This document shows, piece by piece, positions 59,248-64,000 of a DNA stretch of 64,000 nucleotides. The number at the start of each line of letters is the position of its first letter. The first letter of the stretch is position 1. The stretch is taken from NCBI GenBank assembly GCA_001643675.2, contig LSRY02000008.1, positions 1,178,001 through 1,242,000 on the forward strand, given 5' to 3'. The notes beneath the pieces were generated by a model that had not been told where the DNA came from, ran no database searches, and saw only the letters and a list, made by a program, of their open reading frames with translations. Source of the DNA: Monocercomonoides exilis PA203 (Eukaryota > Protista > Preaxostyla). The translations under genes were made by a program, and so were the position numbers.

Positions 59248-59449
59248 CTGATCCTTTTTGAAATCAAACTTTCGTTCGAGTTTTGATCAGAAATTTAATC
59301 TCAATGGGATTTTAGAATAAAATTAGTTTTAACAATTAAAACGTCATGAACAAAATGTATTAACAGTTAAAGTTCAATTTTTCAAAATCCCTTTTAGAAA
59401 AATTTTTTGATCAAAACTCGAACGAAAGTTTGATTTCAAAAAGGATCAG
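59248..59449. mobile_element. 202-bp foldback/MITE-like element with perfect 42-bp terminal inverted repeats
   Basis: ctgatcctttttgaaatcaaactttcgttcgagttttgatca (59248-59289) and its exact reverse complement (59408-59449). Imperfect pairing continues inward; no TSD seen. Confidence 0.6.
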
Positions 59450-60294
59450 TCAAACTTCATTGAAATTACACTTTTTCATCAGATTTCTGTTCTCACTCGC
59501 TAAACTTCACCAGAATGGAAACAACAGCTTTTTTGAGTTTCAAATTTTTTTTAGTGAAGTTTTGTGAGTTTGAACGGAAATATGGGTGATTATTTTAAAA
59601 ATCATATATTTTTTCGGGGTGTTGAATTTTCAAAGATTGAAAGTTTTTCGAAAGAAATTTTTATTTCAAAAGAAAAGAAGCATAAAAATTGTTTTCATTA
59701 ACAAATGTCATGCTGAAACAAAAGATAAAAATGTTTTGAATAAGCCTTTTCACTTTTCTGTGTTCTTTTATTATTATTCAAGAGATATTCTTGAACCGAA
59801 ATTTTTGAAAGAAAAATTTTGATATCAAAAATAATCACCCATATAAATATTTTAGACAATTTTGTATTATTTTTTTAAAAACAAACAAAAAGAAAAGTTT
59901 CAAAAAAAAAGTTTCCCTCGAAAACAAACATTTCATGCTATCTCAATCAAATATTGTTATAGATGATCATTAAAATTCCGATGTGATTATCTCCAATTTT
60001 TTGCAGTATATCCGCTTATCACAAATAATCAAAAATTGTTGTTATGTCCATGAAAGTCACATTTTAACACTTAACTTTTCTTATTTGATCTCATGTGTTG
60101 TGTTGGCAAACTGTCCCTATACGTAAAACGAGTTGATGGGAAACCTCAATCTCTATAACTTTAATAATAAAAAAATCAAAATAAAATATTTCACATAAAT
60201 TAAAAACTCAAAAGAAGAATCAAAGAGAAAAAAATGATTCACATTATTTTGTTTCGATAAGTTCAAATATGGGTCAAAATTCGAGCATTTTTGT

Positions 60295-60298
<4 letters not shown>

Positions 60299-60344
<46 letters not shown>
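60299..60344 (+). repeat. poly(A) tract, 46 nt
   Basis: Directly visible. Confidence 0.9.
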
Positions 60345-60346
<2 letters not shown>

Positions 60347-60871
60347 GAGGTGAACAAAATTCTTGAAGCAAAAAATATGGTGCCATATTTCTTTCCTTTA
60401 TTTTTTTTCTCACAAAATTCAAACTTATCAACAATTCTTTTCATTCTCAATTCAAAATATTACTGCAAGAATTAAATCAATTTTTCGCATAAATTCAGAA
60501 TCACCAATTTAAAAAGCTTTTAGTTTTTATCCATCCATTCTTCCCTTCGCTACCATTCCTTTTCCAATTGAGAATCAATAATATTTATTTTTCTCAATAA
60601 AACCTCCTCCTCTCCTCATTGCAATCTCTTCATCTTTATTAAATACAAAGGAAAAAAAAAAATAATTATAAAAAAAGGAAATGATCAAAATCAAAAATCA
60701 AAAAAAAAATTTTTTTTCACAAATTTCAAACAAAAACACCAATAACACAAAACAACAATAAAAATAACAATTTTTATTTCCAATTTCAATAACAATAAAA
60801 ACAAATCAAAACAAAGCAAAATCCCTCTTCTTCGTCCTCTCTCTTCACCCACCTCTCCTCCCTCTCCTCCC

Positions 60872-61330
60872 TCTTCTCCTCTTCTCCTCTTCTCCTCTTC
60901 TCCTCTTCTCCTCTTCTCCTCTTCTCCTCTTCTCCTCTTCTCCTCTTCTCCTCTCTTGCCTCTTCCCTTCCTTCTTTTAAACATAAAGAAAAAGAAAATC
61001 ACTTTTTCTGACCCCTCTTCTGCATCATCAAGAACAAACAGAATATATAAAAAAAAAGGAAAAGGGAAAAAAATAAAAATAAAAAAAAGAACGAAAAAAA
61101 AAAAAAAAAAGAGGAATAACACTGTCAACTGGGTGTGACTGCCTCCCGCCCCACTAAAAAATTGCCTCGCACTCGTCACTCTATTTGTCTGTCTGTATGT
61201 CTGTCTGTCTGTCTATCTATCTATCTGCCTTGTCTTATCTTGTCTTGTCTTGTCTCTAATTGTGTCTGTGTGTCTGTGTGTCTGTCTGTCTGTCTATCTT
61301 GTCTTGTCTTTTCTGTCTGTCTGTCTGTCT
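60872..61330 (+). repeat. Microsatellite cluster: (CTCTTCTC)n ~60872-60953 and (TGTC/TATC/TGTCT)n ~61185-61330
   Basis: Directly visible, downstream of the Ser-rich gene. Confidence 0.85.
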
Positions 61331-61442
61331 AATCTTCTCTTCCCCTCTCTTTTCTTTCTCCTTCTCCCTCTCCCTCTCCCTCTCCTTCTTCTCAATTAAT
61401 TCGTTCTTCTTCTTCTTCTTCTTCTTCTCTTCTTACTCCTCC

Positions 61443-61758
61443 TCATTCCCCCGCCTCTGTCCACAGCGACTGGCTTGTTGCCGACCTCCTCAGCGTCACC
61501 AGCGCCTTCGGATCAAGCTCATCTTTCTTCTTCAGCAGCTTCGACAGCTTTTCCACTCTTTCATTGTCCCACTTCTTATGCAGCATTAGCATATCTTGTT
61601 TTCTCTTGTTCCGGATCTCTTCCATTGTGGCGTCTTTTAGAGCGAAGGAGGCTGTGGAGGAAGAGGAGGTGAGCGTGCGGTGGGTGGTGCGGGGGCGTGA
61701 GGGAGAATGAGAAGAAGAAGAAGAAGGGAAACGAGAGGGAGAAGGAGAAGGGGAAGAA

Positions 61759-61790
<32 letters not shown>

Positions 61791-62942
61791 ATTCACATTT
61801 ACGCTTGAACTTGAACTAAACCCACTTTCTTTTTCTCCTCCTTCTTTTCCTCCTCCCTTCTCCTCTGCACTTTCTGTTGGCATATCCACTTCTTCTTCTT
61901 TACTCTGACTCTGACTAGAAATTTGTGTTATATTCGAATTTTGACTCGAAATCTGATTAGAAATCTGATTTTCAACAGAATTTTTACTTGAAATTTGACT
62001 TTGAGTCAAATTTTGACCAGAAATTTGACTAGAACTTTGACTTTGAACAGAATTTTGACTCAAATTTTGAACTTGATTAGAACTTTGACTAGAATTCTGG
62101 CTCTGCGCCATCACAGCGACTGGCTGATGAGGAGCAAAGAAAGAGGAAGACAATTCAGAAAAGGAGACCTCCTGTTGCGGATTCAAACCTGCGCTTCGCT
62201 CTCTGCCTCTTCTGGACGAGCGGGGCGAGGGACCGACTGTGCTATTGGTGTGCAGATAAGAGGCGGTGGAGGAGTGGAAAAGATGAGAGCGATGGGAATA
62301 AGAAGAAGAAGAACGGGGTGAAGAAAGAGAAGAAGAAGAAGAGGAGGAGGAAGAGGAGGAAGAGGAAGAAGAAGAAGAAGGAGAACGAGAAGAAGAGGAA
62401 CGAGTTGGAGAAGAAGAAGAAGGGAGGAGAGAAGGAAGAGGAGGAACAAGAGAAGAAGAAGAAGAAGAAGAAGAAGAAGTTTGTTGATTTAAACCTTTCG
62501 CATCTTTTCCCTCTTTTCCTTCTTTTTGCAATGAAACTTGATCATTTTTGGAGAATTTGAGGGAAGAAGAAGGAGAAGAATTTCGAGAGGAATTTCGAGA
62601 GGAGGAGGAAGAAGAGGAGGAGGAAGAAGAAGAAGGAAAAGAAGGAAAAGAAGAGGAAAAGGAAGAAGAAGAAGAAGATGAAGAAGAAGGATACAGCAAC
62701 GAATTGTTCTTCTCCTTTTTGCTGTTTCTCCCTTTTATTTGATAAAACTGGCTTTCCATTTTTCTTCTTCTTTCTCTTTCTCTTTCTCTTTCTTTGCTTC
62801 TTCTTCTTCTTTCTTCGATGTCTAATGAACGGGAAGTCAACGAGCCAGAAATGTCTTCTGAATAATCACGCAAGAGGAACGAAGAAGAAGAAGAAGAAGA
62901 AGGAGAAGAAGAAGAAGAATTAAATGAAGAAGAACGAGAAGA

Positions 62943-62973
<31 letters not shown>

Positions 62974-63729
62974 TGAGAACGAGAAGGAGAAGAAGAAGGA
63001 GAAAGAGAAAGAGAAGAAGAAAGAGAAGAAGAAGAAGAAGAAGAAATAGAATGAGAAGGAGGAGGGAAAGAAGAAGTTAAAGGATCAGTTCTGTGTCTTA
63101 TCAGTTTCTTGGATTCAAAAGAAGAAGAAGAAGAAGAATTAATAGAAGGAGAAAGAGAAAGAGAAGGAGAAAGAGAAGAAGAGGAAGAAGAAGAAGAGGA
63201 AGAAGAAGAATTTAATGAAGAAGAAGAAGGAGGTAGAGGCAAAGGAACATGACTTCTGGGTGAATTTTGAGATTTTCCATATGAAATTCTTTGGTTGTTT
63301 AAGCGAGAAAGACGAGAAGGAGAAGGAGAGGGAGAAGAAGAAGAGGAGGAGGAAGAAGAGGAAGACAAAGAAGATAAAGAAGATAACGAAGAAAGAGGAG
63401 GAATTTTGATTCTGTTTGAAGAAGGAGAAGGAGAAAGAGAAGAAGAAGAAGAAGAAGAAGAAGAAGAAGAAGAAGAATTAGAAGAAGACAAATGTTTTCT
63501 TTTATGCTCTTTCATAAGAATTTCTTGATATCTTGTAAGAGAAGGAGAATGAGAAGGAGAGGAGGAGGAGGAAGAGGAGGAAGAAGAAGAATTAGAACGA
63601 GAAGGAGAAGAAGAGGAAGATAAAGAAGAGGAAGAAAGAGAAGAGGAAGAGGAAGAAGAAGAAGAATTTAACAACTTAATATTTTTATTTGATTGATAAG
63701 CTTTATTTCTTTGAAGTGCTTTTTGAGAA

Positions 63730-63760
<31 letters not shown>

Positions 63761-63894
63761 AACTTGAAGAAGAAGAAAGAGAAAAAGAAGGAGAAGGAGA
63801 AAGAGAAGAAGAAGAAGATAATGATGATGATGTGTTAACCAATGAAATGGTAGCAAAAGGATGAGAAGAAGAAGAAGAAGATGTGGAAGAAAGA

Positions 63895-63926
<32 letters not shown>

Positions 63927-64000
63927 ACAAAAAGGAGAAAGAGAAGAAGAAGAAGAAGAAGAAATATGATTTTGTTTCGAATTTCTGTATTTTTCTTGAA
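61443..64000 (-). CDS. Ser-rich low-complexity (likely disordered) protein, 3' part; frame open to the window edge
   Basis: 799-codon ORF whose frame remains open upstream of 63842 (QEKYRNSKQNHISS...). Poly-Ser tracts alternate with complex segments, ending in a charged helical C-terminus (DATMEEIRNKRKQDMLMLHKKWDNERVEKL). Confidence 0.75.

Noticed and set aside
60299-60344. Poly(A) as a retroposon tail
   Set aside because: No upstream element body or target-site duplication is recognisable.
1-64000. The many 60-250 aa ORFs overlapping or antisense to the family genes and in low-complexity DNA
   Set aside because: These are shadow frames or products of GAA/TTC and poly-T composition. Their recurrence simply reflects the DNA duplications.

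Overview
AT-rich eukaryotic DNA, most likely from an oxymonad/metamonad protist. A decayed gene at 30.5-31.9 kb, the GGG/Cys beta-helix family and the Ser/GAA microsatellite style resemble Monocercomonoides sequence as I recall it; no search was run. About 58 kb is an ampliconic array of 14 copies of one Cys/Gly-rich, predicted right-handed parallel beta-helix (Pmp/pectin-lyase-like) surface-protein family. The copies are built from a ~10 kb three-gene unit ([<- <-] shared head-to-head module [->]) present 4 times plus one partial copy, in both orientations. Units are joined through three palindrome centres (spacers 5136-5309, 17722-17895, 46788-46851). The gene copies are mosaics of one another, with exchange points in conserved motifs. 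Their cores stay open while the 5' and 3' ends are decayed or truncated, and otherwise identical palindrome arms carry ~180-220 bp divergent patches. Together this suggests an active palindrome-based segmental gene-conversion (cassette-shuffling) system. A 26-bp motif recurs as inverted pairs in both palindrome-core types and in two other AT-rich tracts. Also present: a unique island (28.3-35.5 kb) with a pseudogene, a 202-bp foldback element, and the 3' part of a Ser-rich gene at the right edge. No RNA genes, CRISPR array, transposase or reverse transcriptase were recognised.
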